Shown here piece by piece: positions 24,649-33,045 of a stretch of DNA of 40,989 bases. Where the stretch lies: positions 1 to 40,989 of IMG/VR virus record IMGVR_UViG_3300044960_000205. The stretch is one strand, 5' to 3'. The position numbers and the translations under genes were made by a program. The stretch's first letter is position 1, and the number at the start of each line of letters is the position of its first letter. The DNA is from a virus. Its lineage: Duplodnaviria > Caudoviricetes. Below the pieces are notes generated by a model. That model had not been told where the DNA came from. It was given only the letters and a program-made list of their open reading frames with translations, and did no database searches.

Positions 24649-26059
24649 AGACCCTCCCACGAAACGTAACTTGCCCTTCATCGATCACATGGACGACCTC
24701 GGGCCACAGAAGGCGCCCGCGGTAGAAAGTGAGCACGACGAAGCCGGAGCGCCAATTCACGGGATTATCTTCCGTGTAATGCGTGAACTGCGGGCCATAG
24801 GGGTCCGCGAGCGTGCCGCAATCCACCCCAAAGCGCGTGCCGTTGTAGTCGCTGAGTGGTGTGACTCGCAGGCTGTGCAGGTGTCCGGTGACGATTGTCT
24901 TGCCAGACCACAGCGCGTTGTTGTGCGTCGCGTGGATGCCTGATTTAAAGCGGTGTTTTATGACGACGTCATTATTGATCCACACCGACCAGCACGGCGT
25001 CCAGTCCGGGAAGTGGTCTTTGAGATGCACTCCGTGTATGCGGGCGTACTCCGGCGCAATCGCTGCTAAGCGCGATTCGTAGCGCGAGTTCCCCGTGAAG
25101 TAGGCGCACCCGTTTCGCCGCACCACGAAATTGCCGTGCGGCACGCGCAGGCACCACACCACCCCGGCGTACTTTTCCCGGAAGACCTCTGACCGATCGA
25201 CACGCACCCACCCCGCAAGCGCGATTTGATCCCTGTTCAGATCAACGCCGTCAGCCAGAGCCGCAGTAGGCACATCGAACCACGGGGGAAGATCGTCGGC
25301 GCGACGGTATTCCTCGATGTCGTACTGGGCTGTGCGCCAGTTGAGACGCCGGAGCAGCACCCGGTGGTTTGGCGTCACGGCTATGCTCATGCGGGTCTTT
25401 TCGACGCGCACCAGCTCGCCGACGTAAGGGTATGTGACGATCTCATTTATCGGCGACCAGACGGCTTTGTCGCCGTCTTTCGACAGCACCCAATCGTCCT
25501 GCCTCAGCTCGTCGTACTTGAGCCATCCGCGCTTGGTCAAGCATTCTGTCTCGCGATCTAGGCAGTCATGGTTCCCTAAGGGCCAAAAGCGCTTGGCCCT
25601 GGGGCAGGCCGAGCGAATCTCCTCCAGCCGCTCCTTCGCCGCCTCGATCTCCATGACGACGGAGGGACGCTCCTCCCACCCGATGGGGGCATGTCGGGAA
25701 ATCGCTGGAAAATCAAGCTCATCGCCGTTCTTGATGATGGCGACAGGCCGCAGCTCCTTGGCGAACCGGCAGAAAGCTCGATGCGCGGTGGAGACGATCC
25801 CCGGCCAGTAGTGGGAGTCGGAGCCGACCAGGACGATGCCGGAGTCCACTTCCAGCATCGCACGCGCCTGATGCTCGCTGATGCGGGCTCGCTCGGTCTT
25901 CGCGCCGGGGATGATGGCCACCCCCTTCTTCGCCTCGATGCGCCGCCTGCGACGCTGCACCGTGCGGTAGTCCAGCTTGAGCCGGCGAGTCGCCTCGCGT
26001 ATCCCATGGCGCTCGATCAGCGCCATCAGCTCGTCATCGGTAACTTTAGGTCTTGGCAT
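24638..26059 (-). CDS. Calcineurin-like metallophosphoesterase with N-terminal HTH, containing an intein
   Basis: SDSH, NGDELD, GNHD, IKH and TGHLH motifs; intein immediately after GNHD. Confidence 0.85.
   Translation of the reverse strand: MPRPKVTDDELMALIERHGIREATRRLKLDYRTVQRRRRRIEAKKGVAIIPGAKTERARISEHQARAMLEVDSGIVLVGSDSHYWPGIVSTAHRAFCRFAKELRPVAIIKNGDELDFPAISRHAPIGWEERPSVVMEIEAAKERLEEIRSACPRAKRFWPLGNHDCLDRETECLTKRGWLKYDELRQDDWVLSKDGDKAVWSPINEIVTYPYVGELVRVEKTRMSIAVTPNHRVLLRRLNWRTAQYDIEEYRRADDLPPWFDVPTAALADGVDLNRDQIALAGWVRVDRSEVFREKYAGVVWCLRVPHGNFVVRRNGCAYFTGNSRYESRLAAIAPEYARIHGVHLKDHFPDWTPCWSVWINNDVVIKHRFKSGIHATHNNALWSGKTIVTGHLHSLRVTPLSDYNGTRFGVDCGTLADPYGPQFTHYTEDNPVNWRSGFVVLTFYRGRLLWPEVVHVIDEGQVTFRGRVYEV
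25088..25564 (-). mobile_element. Mini-intein (159 aa) in the metallophosphoesterase
   Basis: CLDRETECLTKRGW...VTPNHR...VWCLRVPHGNFVVRRNGCAYFTGN followed by S(+1). Confidence 0.9.
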
Positions 26060-26474
26060 CCAACACCTCCACGGCACACGGCAGCCCGCTCCAGGGGTCG
26101 ATGGCACACGCCACTTCAATGGCGCGCACGGGGTCAGCCAGCAGATGCATCGCGGCGAGCGCTGCCTGCGCCCCCGAGCCGATGGCCCACCAGTCGTCCT
26201 GGATCTCGTCCTGGGAGCAGTCAGACTGGTAGTAGACCAGTCTGCCGTCCTGGGTCAGCTCCAGCGCCTCCAGCCCCTTCAACCTCGGCCGACGCCGGCG
26301 CCTCCTGGTGTGCCATTCAAGAAATGTCGCGATATCAGACAGATAGCCGGCGATTCCGATGAGGCTGCCACCCACCCGGATGATCTTCCGCGACCGGTAG
26401 CGCCCGGTGTCCGTGGTGCTCGTGGAGTCCGACGCCATGAGACGCCGAGAGCGCATCGCGACGATGGTCGTCAT
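26046..26474 (-). CDS. Ntn-hydrolase, proteasome beta/HslV-like threonine peptidase
   Basis: N-terminal MTTIVA, ASDS, KI, GIAG and AIGSG. Confidence 0.75.
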   Translation of the reverse strand: MTTIVAMRSRRLMASDSTSTTDTGRYRSRKIIRVGGSLIGIAGYLSDIATFLEWHTRRRRRRPRLKGLEALELTQDGRLVYYQSDCSQDEIQDDWWAIGSGAQAALAAMHLLADPVRAIEVACAIDPWSGLPCAVEVLDAKT

Positions 26475-28132
26475 GAGTATCCAGAAAACAATCGTGTAAC
26501 GTCCGTCAGTGCGTTTGGCTTGCTCGTGTCGATCCGCCCAAGCTTCTGCGCTACGTCCGCTCCCTGCGCGAGCACGGCAGCTTGCTGTTGCGCCTGCGCC
26601 GCTTCAGCGCGCTGCCTTCTGATGAGCGCCACCTTATCGCCTGGCACCACGAGTTCTGGATCGACACCGAGCATGTCGGAATAAATATCCGCCCAGTGGT
26701 CCGCGTCGAACTTGTCCAACACCTCCGGCTTTATCTGCGCAATCGCGCCCAAGTTGGAAACGAAGCGGTCCACCGAGTTGGTGGCGATGGCCCGCTGTGC
26801 CTGCGCCAGCATGCTGACGAACTCGACGTGCAGCTCCATGCCCTGTAAATCCTGCGGCGGCGGTGGCACGATACCGGCCTCTACCATCCGGGTGAATGTG
26901 ATGTCGATGAGCGGATCCAGTATCTCGTTGTGCATCCGCTCCAGCACCGGGCCAAGCATGAGGAGCTTTTCCTCATGCCGCTCGGCGACCTCTGTAGCGG
27001 TCATGCGCTGGTCTACCCCATTCGCCAACATCAGGAACAAGTCCGCGTAGAAACAAGCCTTTATACGCTCCCGCACGTCCTGGATATCGGCGAGCAGGTG
27101 GGATAGGTCCAGATTGACCTCGTAGGCCGGCCGAATCCCGACAGTCGCCGACGCGGTATCGATGTAAGTGACTCCGCCGGGCAGCGTATCCACTTCGCGC
27201 GACTTCATGGAAGTCGGCACCTGAAGCGGCGGATTGGTTTTGTAGTCGATACCCAGTGCCTTGCGATATTGCTCGTGCTGCAGCTGCTTAATATCACCCA
27301 AAGCCTCCATGCCGGGGCTGTTGCCGTAGATATCACCCCCCATCACCAACCACCTCGGGCACAGCGCTGGAAACTGCTTGAACCCGGATTCACGCAGCAC
27401 CTCGTCACTACTCGATAGCTCGAAATAGACCGACCGCCACGGCATGTTCTTGCTGTCGCGTTTGGTGGGGTCCCTGACCGCCCTCGGCTCGATAGCGTGA
27501 ACCACGGTCACCCACTGATCAAGCGCCCCGCGGTCAAAGAGGCTCTGCACGGTTTTACTGCAATTGCGATAGCCAAATTCTTCTACCATCTGCGCCACGG
27601 TCATTTGACACTCTCGGTACAGCGTGTCCACCACCCCACGATAGTCCGCCGCGATAGCATACTCGCCTATCGTGAGCACGTAGTGGCGAATCACGTCGTC
27701 GTAGTCCTTCAGGACGATGCTCGCCGCCGTGCCGAACGCGCCCATTTCCTCGTACATGGAGTGCAGCGCCCGATAGGTATTGCTCTTGGCGAAGACCATC
27801 TGCATCAGGCGCGTCACATCCGACAGCCAGCGCTTAACGTCGGCCGACTCGTCCAGCTCCGGGATCGATGTCGTGAGGCGAAACCAGGGGCGGGCAGGGC
27901 TCGTCATGCCGGCCATCATGCCCGCCGCGAGCACCCGGAGCGCGCGGGTCGCGGTGGAATCGTAAATGGAGTTGTGCCGCTTGTCCCCCCGGTTCCTGTC
28001 CGTAGCGAAAAACCGGCCGGACCTGGGCAACAGGTAATCGCTAATCTCCTTCCAGTGCGACCACCAGCTTGAGCGCTCCAGCCTAAGCGCGCTCCACCGT
28101 TGTAGCAACTGTTGCCGCAGCGTCCGTTCCAT
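26471..28132 (-). CDS. Portal (head-tail connector) protein
   Basis: MTSPARPWF, YGNSPGM and MTATEVAERHEEK..LGPV motifs of T7/BPP-1-type portals. Confidence 0.92.
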   Translation of the reverse strand: MERTLRQQLLQRWSALRLERSSWWSHWKEISDYLLPRSGRFFATDRNRGDKRHNSIYDSTATRALRVLAAGMMAGMTSPARPWFRLTTSIPELDESADVKRWLSDVTRLMQMVFAKSNTYRALHSMYEEMGAFGTAASIVLKDYDDVIRHYVLTIGEYAIAADYRGVVDTLYRECQMTVAQMVEEFGYRNCSKTVQSLFDRGALDQWVTVVHAIEPRAVRDPTKRDSKNMPWRSVYFELSSSDEVLRESGFKQFPALCPRWLVMGGDIYGNSPGMEALGDIKQLQHEQYRKALGIDYKTNPPLQVPTSMKSREVDTLPGGVTYIDTASATVGIRPAYEVNLDLSHLLADIQDVRERIKACFYADLFLMLANGVDQRMTATEVAERHEEKLLMLGPVLERMHNEILDPLIDITFTRMVEAGIVPPPPQDLQGMELHVEFVSMLAQAQRAIATNSVDRFVSNLGAIAQIKPEVLDKFDADHWADIYSDMLGVDPELVVPGDKVALIRRQRAEAAQAQQQAAVLAQGADVAQKLGRIDTSKPNALTDVTRLFSGYS

Positions 28133-28133
28133 G

Positions 28134-28448
28134 TCACGATCCGAGCAGGGTGTTCTTGCCAAGGGTCAGCATGTCCGGCGTCACCCCTTGCGGGCCGGTC
28201 AGCATCGTGCCAGACGGCCCGGCCCGCGAAGCCTGCTGCGCGGCATCGAGGAGGGACACGGTATCGGGGCGCTTCTGATTTGCGCGGTTGAACTGCTCCT
28301 GCGCCGTCTTCTCCTGACGGGCAGCGTTCTCCTGTGCCTGCCGTGCCGCCGCCTCAGCCGCTTTTTTCTGCTGCTGGCCGGTCACGATAGAGGTAAGAGC
28401 CCCGACCGCAGAAGCTACCGCCATTACCGCTGTTGCTGCTCCTGACAT
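28134..28448 (-). CDS. Small virion-associated protein, 104 aa
   Basis: TMLTGPQG..LGKNTLLG C-terminus, typical of the gene preceding the portal. Confidence 0.75.
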   Translation of the reverse strand: MSGAATAVMAVASAVGALTSIVTGQQQKKAAEAAARQAQENAARQEKTAQEQFNRANQKRPDTVSLLDAAQQASRAGPSGTMLTGPQGVTPDMLTLGKNTLLGS

Positions 28449-28927
28449 GGCTGTTCTCCCGTGATGTAGACGTGATTCACCGCGCCCTCGGCGCGGCTCA
28501 TGAGCAAATCAACCTCTTCCGTGAACTCCTCTTCGGCCTCCTCCACGGTCTTCGCGCGGGTCGGAAACACCATCGTGAGCCACGTATCCTTGTGCGCAAG
28601 GAAAGCCTGGCGTCGACGGGCGCTTGCAGCGATCACGTGGTAGCCGGCGATCTCCACCGTGCCCTCGCCAACGAACACCGTGACGTGCCCGCTGACCACC
28701 AACATCGTCGGTACGCGGATGAGCACCCCCGTGAGCACCACGCCCGCCGGAATACGGATCGTCCTGGCGTACATGCCGGCGTGCAGCACGTGCTCCGTCT
28801 CGACCGCCACCTGGGGCAGCGTGCGCGTCCACTGCTCCAGCTCGCGCACGCGGGCGATGGCCTCATCGGCCATGGCCGGGATGCACTTTTCCGCAGGGAT
28901 CGGCAGGCTCACGCGAAGCTCCTGCAA
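28424..28927 (-). CDS. Conserved hypothetical protein (possible cupin-like fold); start uncertain
   Basis: HVLHAGMYARTIRIPAGVVLTG beta-rich pattern. Confidence 0.6.
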   Translation of the reverse strand: MQELRVSLPIPAEKCIPAMADEAIARVRELEQWTRTLPQVAVETEHVLHAGMYARTIRIPAGVVLTGVLIRVPTMLVVSGHVTVFVGEGTVEIAGYHVIAASARRRQAFLAHKDTWLTMVFPTRAKTVEEAEEEFTEEVDLLMSRAEGAVNHVYITGEQPCQEQQQR

Positions 28928-29424
28928 AACACCGTGTTCGTCTTACGATACCCCAGGCGGGGCAGCACACGCTCAAGGACGCCGTCCGCCGGCGCGCTCA
29001 CATAGAGCCCTTCCGCACCGTGTTCCGCAGCCACTGCCTCCGCCGCCCGCAGAAGCCGCAACCCCACCCCGCCCGCCCGATACGCCCTCCGAACGAAGAG
29101 GGTTTCCGTCACTGCGATGAGCTTCCCGCCCGCGTGCAGCACCGGCGAGAAGAGCACCGTCGCTACCCCCACCAGGCGGCCGTCAACGAAGGCGCCGAGC
29201 ACCGCCATGAGACCCGCTTGCACCAGCGCAGCGTACCCCTCACGATCCGGCTCTCTCCCACGTAGCGCATGATCGCGCGAAGCCTCCGCCTCGTACTCGT
29301 CACGCAACGTCTTGAATGCCTCGGCATCGAACACCTCATCGACGGATACCGGCCGGATGACCAGGCGCTCGCCGGTAGTATAGCACGCAGCCGCACCCGC
29401 ACGCACACTAGGCATAGGGGTCAT
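28909..29424 (-). CDS. GNAT acetyltransferase (start uncertain)
   Basis: LFVRRAYRAGGVGLRLL acetyl-CoA-binding motif; LPRLGY. Confidence 0.8.
   Translation of the reverse strand: MTPMPSVRAGAAACYTTGERLVIRPVSVDEVFDAEAFKTLRDEYEAEASRDHALRGREPDREGYAALVQAGLMAVLGAFVDGRLVGVATVLFSPVLHAGGKLIAVTETLFVRRAYRAGGVGLRLLRAAEAVAAEHGAEGLYVSAPADGVLERVLPRLGYRKTNTVFCRSFA
29377..29405 (-). promoter_or_regulatory. Late promoter motif copy (TGCGTG-N14-TGC-TATACT)
   Basis: Immediately after the terL stop; same spacing as the other copies. Confidence 0.55.
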
Positions 29425-31486
29425 AGTCCTTCAGCCTCGATTTGCCGATTGCCCGCAGAACGGAGAGCTTCGGCGTGTCCATGAGCGCCAACACGTAGGC
29501 GCTGCCGAAGTCTGGCGACCTGCCCAGCTTCTCGACGATCCGCTCCCGGCTTGCCACCGCGATGGTCGAGCCCGCCAGCTCCCAGGTCGGCGCGCACAAG
29601 TCTGCGAGCAGCCGCGGGTCCGGCGGCAGCGCGATCCCCGTGTTGTTCGTTGGGTCCAGCGCTTCGCGCATCCTCCACCACAGTTCACTGCGCAGATTCT
29701 TGAAGCGCAGCCGGCCGGACTTGTCCGTCCCACCCGAAGCCTCGGCCACGTTGACACCGACCACCTGCAGCCCGGCCTGAGAAAGGAAGTCGTAGGGGCT
29801 CGATCCGACCCCGATCACATCGATATGGATCGGCGCTTGGTCGCGCATCGCCGCCATTACCAGACCCGCCACCTTCGGCCCGTCCGGCGTAGCATCACCG
29901 GGGTAGACCAGCGGCTCGTCGAACCACATCCCGTGCCTGCGCGCGATGATCGTGCTATCGCGCCCACCGCGCGCCACATCCACCCCGAGCGAGTCCATCG
30001 GTGGCAGCTTGTCTGGGCGCTTCCACCGCGCCTGCGCGGCCTCCACCCAGGCCGTCGGGATCACCTGCCACGGGTCATCTTCGATGCCGGCGGTGAAATC
30101 ACCGTAGAGCATCTGAGAGCGCAAAGGCTCGGGAAGCGCTTGCAGCGTTGCCATGTAGCCTGTCCCCATGAGGTAAGGGTTGTCGCTCACGCGCGAAGGG
30201 ATGAAGGTGCGACTCATCGGCTTGATGCGCTCACCACGATGGGTGAACGGCCGGCCGCTCTCCACCTCCACCTCCTCGCCGTCCACCATGGCGAACCAGC
30301 GCAGCTCGCCCGGCTTGGCTGGACGCGGATGCTTGCGATCCAGCCATGGCGCGAAGAAATCCACGATCCACCGGCCTTCCACCGTCGTCGGCGGGTTGAA
30401 GGTGAGCAGCGCCTGGCAGCGTTGATTCGGGTCGGTCGTCCGCAACCAGCCGAGCAGGAAGCGCACCTGACTCTCCAGGAAACTCGCCGCCTCATCGAAC
30501 GCCAGCAGGTCGTGCGGCCGACCCTGGTAGCGCCGCTCGTCACCCGCATTCGGGGCCGAGCCGAACTCGATCTGCCGGCCGTCCGGCAGCCGCCAGATAC
30601 GGTCTGCCCCGTTGTAACCATCTCGCGTGCCAAGGATGGCCGTGATGTCGTCGATGATGCTGGTGAGCTGCGTCGCCTCACGACGAAGGATCATCGCCTT
30701 CTGGTGCTGCGTGAGCGCCTTGCCGATGGCGAGACTGGTGTTGTGTGTCACGATGTAGTCATCCGTGACGTATAGGCCGAACGGAGAAGCGACTGCGATA
30801 CATACCGCCTCGGCTTTGCGGGAGAATTCGATGCTGCTCACCGCGCGCATCTGGATGTAGACGTCGTACACATCCCTTCCTGTACGTGCTTCCCCCCTGT
30901 AGCTGTAGCGCGGTATTCTCGGCCGCTCACCCACAGCCAAGAGCGCCGTCAACTCCCGGGTAGTCCCCACGCGAAGCGTTGTCCACCGATCAAGCGTGGC
31001 CGGCTCTCCACTAAGCAGCGCATTCGCCTTTGCTCGCTCTGATGAGTGCTTTGTCCTTGGCCTGCGACCGTAGTGTCCGTTGCGCTTATACGCCCATAGA
31101 TGCTCTAACCCCACCTCGGTCGAAGCGCCATCATCCATCGTCACCCGGTAGATGTCTACCACGCCTTGCGGGAACACCCCGACCACGCGGGTTACCCCGC
31201 CGGTTGTTGGATCGATGACTGCATCGCCTATCTTGAGATTGCCGATTGCACGCCACCCTTTCGGCGTAAGCACTTTGGCGTCTAAAGGCTGAAGCTTGCC
31301 CCCGCCGGCAGCCCCGCCATAGCCAACGATATCGGCCGTGGACTCGTAGGCCATGCGCTGCGGCCCGGGCAGGGGCCTCCACAGCGCGGTGTCGGTGAGA
31401 AGGAGGCGATCCAGCGCTTCGCGCTCTTTGGGGGTCAGATAGGCAAGGACGGACGGATCAAACGAGGTCGTCGATGTTGCCGTCAT
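29408..31486 (-). CDS. terL: Terminase large subunit, containing an intein
   Basis: Walker A GGAAGGGK/T split by the intein; Walker B AFDEA; TFNP; nuclease motifs GVDVARGGRD and SPD. Confidence 0.92.
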   Translation of the reverse strand: MTATSTTSFDPSVLAYLTPKEREALDRLLLTDTALWRPLPGPQRMAYESTADIVGYGGAAGGGKLQPLDAKVLTPKGWRAIGNLKIGDAVIDPTTGGVTRVVGVFPQGVVDIYRVTMDDGASTEVGLEHLWAYKRNGHYGRRPRTKHSSERAKANALLSGEPATLDRWTTLRVGTTRELTALLAVGERPRIPRYSYRGEARTGRDVYDVYIQMRAVSSIEFSRKAEAVCIAVASPFGLYVTDDYIVTHNTSLAIGKALTQHQKAMILRREATQLTSIIDDITAILGTRDGYNGADRIWRLPDGRQIEFGSAPNAGDERRYQGRPHDLLAFDEAASFLESQVRFLLGWLRTTDPNQRCQALLTFNPPTTVEGRWIVDFFAPWLDRKHPRPAKPGELRWFAMVDGEEVEVESGRPFTHRGERIKPMSRTFIPSRVSDNPYLMGTGYMATLQALPEPLRSQMLYGDFTAGIEDDPWQVIPTAWVEAAQARWKRPDKLPPMDSLGVDVARGGRDSTIIARRHGMWFDEPLVYPGDATPDGPKVAGLVMAAMRDQAPIHIDVIGVGSSPYDFLSQAGLQVVGVNVAEASGGTDKSGRLRFKNLRSELWWRMREALDPTNNTGIALPPDPRLLADLCAPTWELAGSTIAVASRERIVEKLGRSPDFGSAYVLALMDTPKLSVLRAIGKSRLKDYDPYA
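30740..31294 (-). mobile_element. Mini-intein (185 aa), class-3-like, in the TerL Walker A motif
   Basis: Starts LQPLDAKVLTPKGW; block B EHLW; block F AVCIAV; ends VTHN followed by T(+1). Confidence 0.88.
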
Positions 31487-31985
31487 AACCAGCGCGGTCC
31501 TCCCCGCCGCTCGCTTCGCTCTCTCCCCCACCTTCTGCCTTCGCCTTGCGCGCCTGGGCGGCAGCCAGGATTGCGGCGATTCTGGCCGCGCGCTCCGTGT
31601 CGGTAATCCTCACCGGACCGCCGTCCGCGCCGGTGAGTTCCATGCGGTAGTTGTCCCGATACTTCTGTGGCGCGTGAGCCTTGAGCAGAAAGATCGCCAG
31701 GGTGTCGCTGTATTTCTGAATCGAGCCGCACTGGTGGCCGTGATGAAAGACGGGCTCTTCCCACCCACTGAAGGCTCGCCGGTGCGCCTCGTCTTCGAGC
31801 GCCGTAATGCCGATCTTCAACGCCTTGTCCCAGGCTTCCGCGAACTCTGGGTGTTCCTCGCGCCACTTGTACGCGGTGACGCGCGAGATGTCCACGGCCT
31901 TGCATGCCCTAGACACCATGCCCGTCTCAGCCAGGGCGGCGCAGAAAGCGGCCAGCTTTGCTGGCGTTAGCTTGTGTCGTGCCAT
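31458..31985 (-). CDS. terS: Terminase small subunit
   Basis: HTH segment VSRACKAVDISRVTAYKW, LEDEAHRRA, YSDTLAIFLLK and ELTGADGGP; upstream of terL. Confidence 0.85.
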   Translation of the reverse strand: MARHKLTPAKLAAFCAALAETGMVSRACKAVDISRVTAYKWREEHPEFAEAWDKALKIGITALEDEAHRRAFSGWEEPVFHHGHQCGSIQKYSDTLAIFLLKAHAPQKYRDNYRMELTGADGGPVRITDTERAARIAAILAAAQARKAKAEGGGESEASGGEDRAGYDGNIDDLV

Positions 31986-31991
31986 GGTCCT

Positions 31992-32020
31992 AATCTAGCA
32001 CAAAAAATTGGCGCCGTGCA
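31992..32020 (-). promoter_or_regulatory. Late promoter motif copy (TGCACG-N14-TGC-TAGATT), 6 nt before the terS ATG
   Basis: Same motif and spacing as three other sites. Confidence 0.6.
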
Positions 32021-32044
32021 AAGCGGCAGGCCAAGGGCGACAGT

Positions 32045-32240
32045 CATAAACGCAACTTATGGCCCCATAAAAACGTTTAATGGCTGCGCCCGACATAAGC
32101 ACAATTTATGGCCCCATAAAAACGTTTAATGGCTGCGCCCGACATAAGCACAATTTATGGCCCCATAAAAACGTTTAATGGCTGCGCCCGACATAAACGT
32201 AACTTATGGCCCCATAAAAACATTTCATGGCGACGCCCCC
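32045..32240. repeat. Four tandem 49-bp AT-rich repeats, each with two CATAA-N7-T(T/A/C)ATG palindromic boxes
   Basis: Units start at 32045, 32094, 32143 and 32192. Confidence 0.95.
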
Positions 32241-32269
32241 TTGACAAGCCCACGCAACGCGTGGATACT
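32241..32269 (+). promoter_or_regulatory. Strong sigma70 promoter with an inverted-repeat operator in the spacer
   Basis: TTGACA-17-GATACT; CCACGC-AAC-GCGTGG at 32250-32264. Confidence 0.75.
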
Positions 32270-32295
32270 AGGATCGTGGTAGCGCGGTGCTGCCA

Positions 32296-32588
32296 CCCGC
32301 GCCTCGGGGGAGCAGGGGCAGGAGAGGAAGATGAGGAACTTTAGGATTTACAACCGTTTAAGCGGCGCCGACTTCGGCGTCTTCGCGGCCCGCGACGAGC
32401 AGGCCGCCCTGGAAATCCTCGCCCAAGAGGGCGGGGGCGTGGTGACCAGACGTGATGATTCGGCGGTCGAGTGGCACCGCCGAGTTGACCCAAACGACTG
32501 GCTCATCGAGCCGGTCGAGTAACAAGGCCTAGGCCCCCGGCGAGCCGTTGATCGCCGGCCCGCGCCTCGGGGATCAGGGGCAAGGAGA
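32296..32588 (+). repeat. Duplicated 30-bp leader (32296-32325 and 32559-32588) before two small genes
   Basis: CCCGCGCCTCGGGGGAGCAGGGGCAGGAGA versus CCCGCGCCTCGGGGATCAGGGGCAAGGAGA. Confidence 0.85.
32331..32522 (+). CDS. Small early hypothetical protein, 63 aa
   Basis: Strong purine-rich RBS; first gene after the promoter. Confidence 0.75.
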   Translation: MRNFRIYNRLSGADFGVFAARDEQAALEILAQEGGGVVTRRDDSAVEWHRRVDPNDWLIEPVE

Positions 32589-32797
32589 TGAGCATGAAAC
32601 CCATCAGCACTAACATCGCCTTCCAACTCGGGTTCGTCTTCGGCAGAAGATGTGGTCTTGCCTCACCAAGGCAAGCCGAAGAGCGCCTTAGGTGGTACGG
32701 ATACGTCCCTACAGCAGGGGGCATAGATGCCTTCTGTTGCGGGGCAGAGGATGGACATCAACAAGACCACTTTCGCTTTCTTCATTTGAAGAAATGA
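32588..32797 (+). CDS. Small early hypothetical protein, 69 aa
   Basis: AAGGAG RBS (start may be ATG 32594); ATGA overlap with the next gene. Confidence 0.7.
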   Translation: MSMKPISTNIAFQLGFVFGRRCGLASPRQAEERLRWYGYVPTAGGIDAFCCGAEDGHQQDHFRFLHLKK

Positions 32798-33045
32798 GCA
32801 CGTTGTTCAAGCCAAAGTCGCAGTTCCGCCGACACGGGGCAGCCCCAAGTCCCACCCCGGAAGAGATCAAGGCCGCCCGGATCGCCTTTGGCCTCACACA
32901 AGCCAAGGCCGCAGACCTGCTGCACTCCAGCGAACGGAGCTGGCAGGACTGGGAGGCCGGGAGGCGAAAAATGCACCCGGCCTTCTGGGATCTGTGGCGC
33001 GCCAAAGCGAAGCGACTGCATCGCCGCCGCACGACCAAATCCTGA
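32794..33045 (+). CDS. XRE-family HTH regulator (Aca-like), 83 aa
   Basis: PTPEEIKAARIAFGLTQAKAADLLHSSERSWQDWEAGRRKM. Confidence 0.85.
   Translation: MSTLFKPKSQFRRHGAAPSPTPEEIKAARIAFGLTQAKAADLLHSSERSWQDWEAGRRKMHPAFWDLWRAKAKRLHRRRTTKS

Noticed and set aside
32045-32240. 49-bp repeats as a mini-CRISPR or other guide array
   Set aside because: Units are nearly identical along their whole length, with no unique spacers. ORF 32129-32344 across them is probably spurious.
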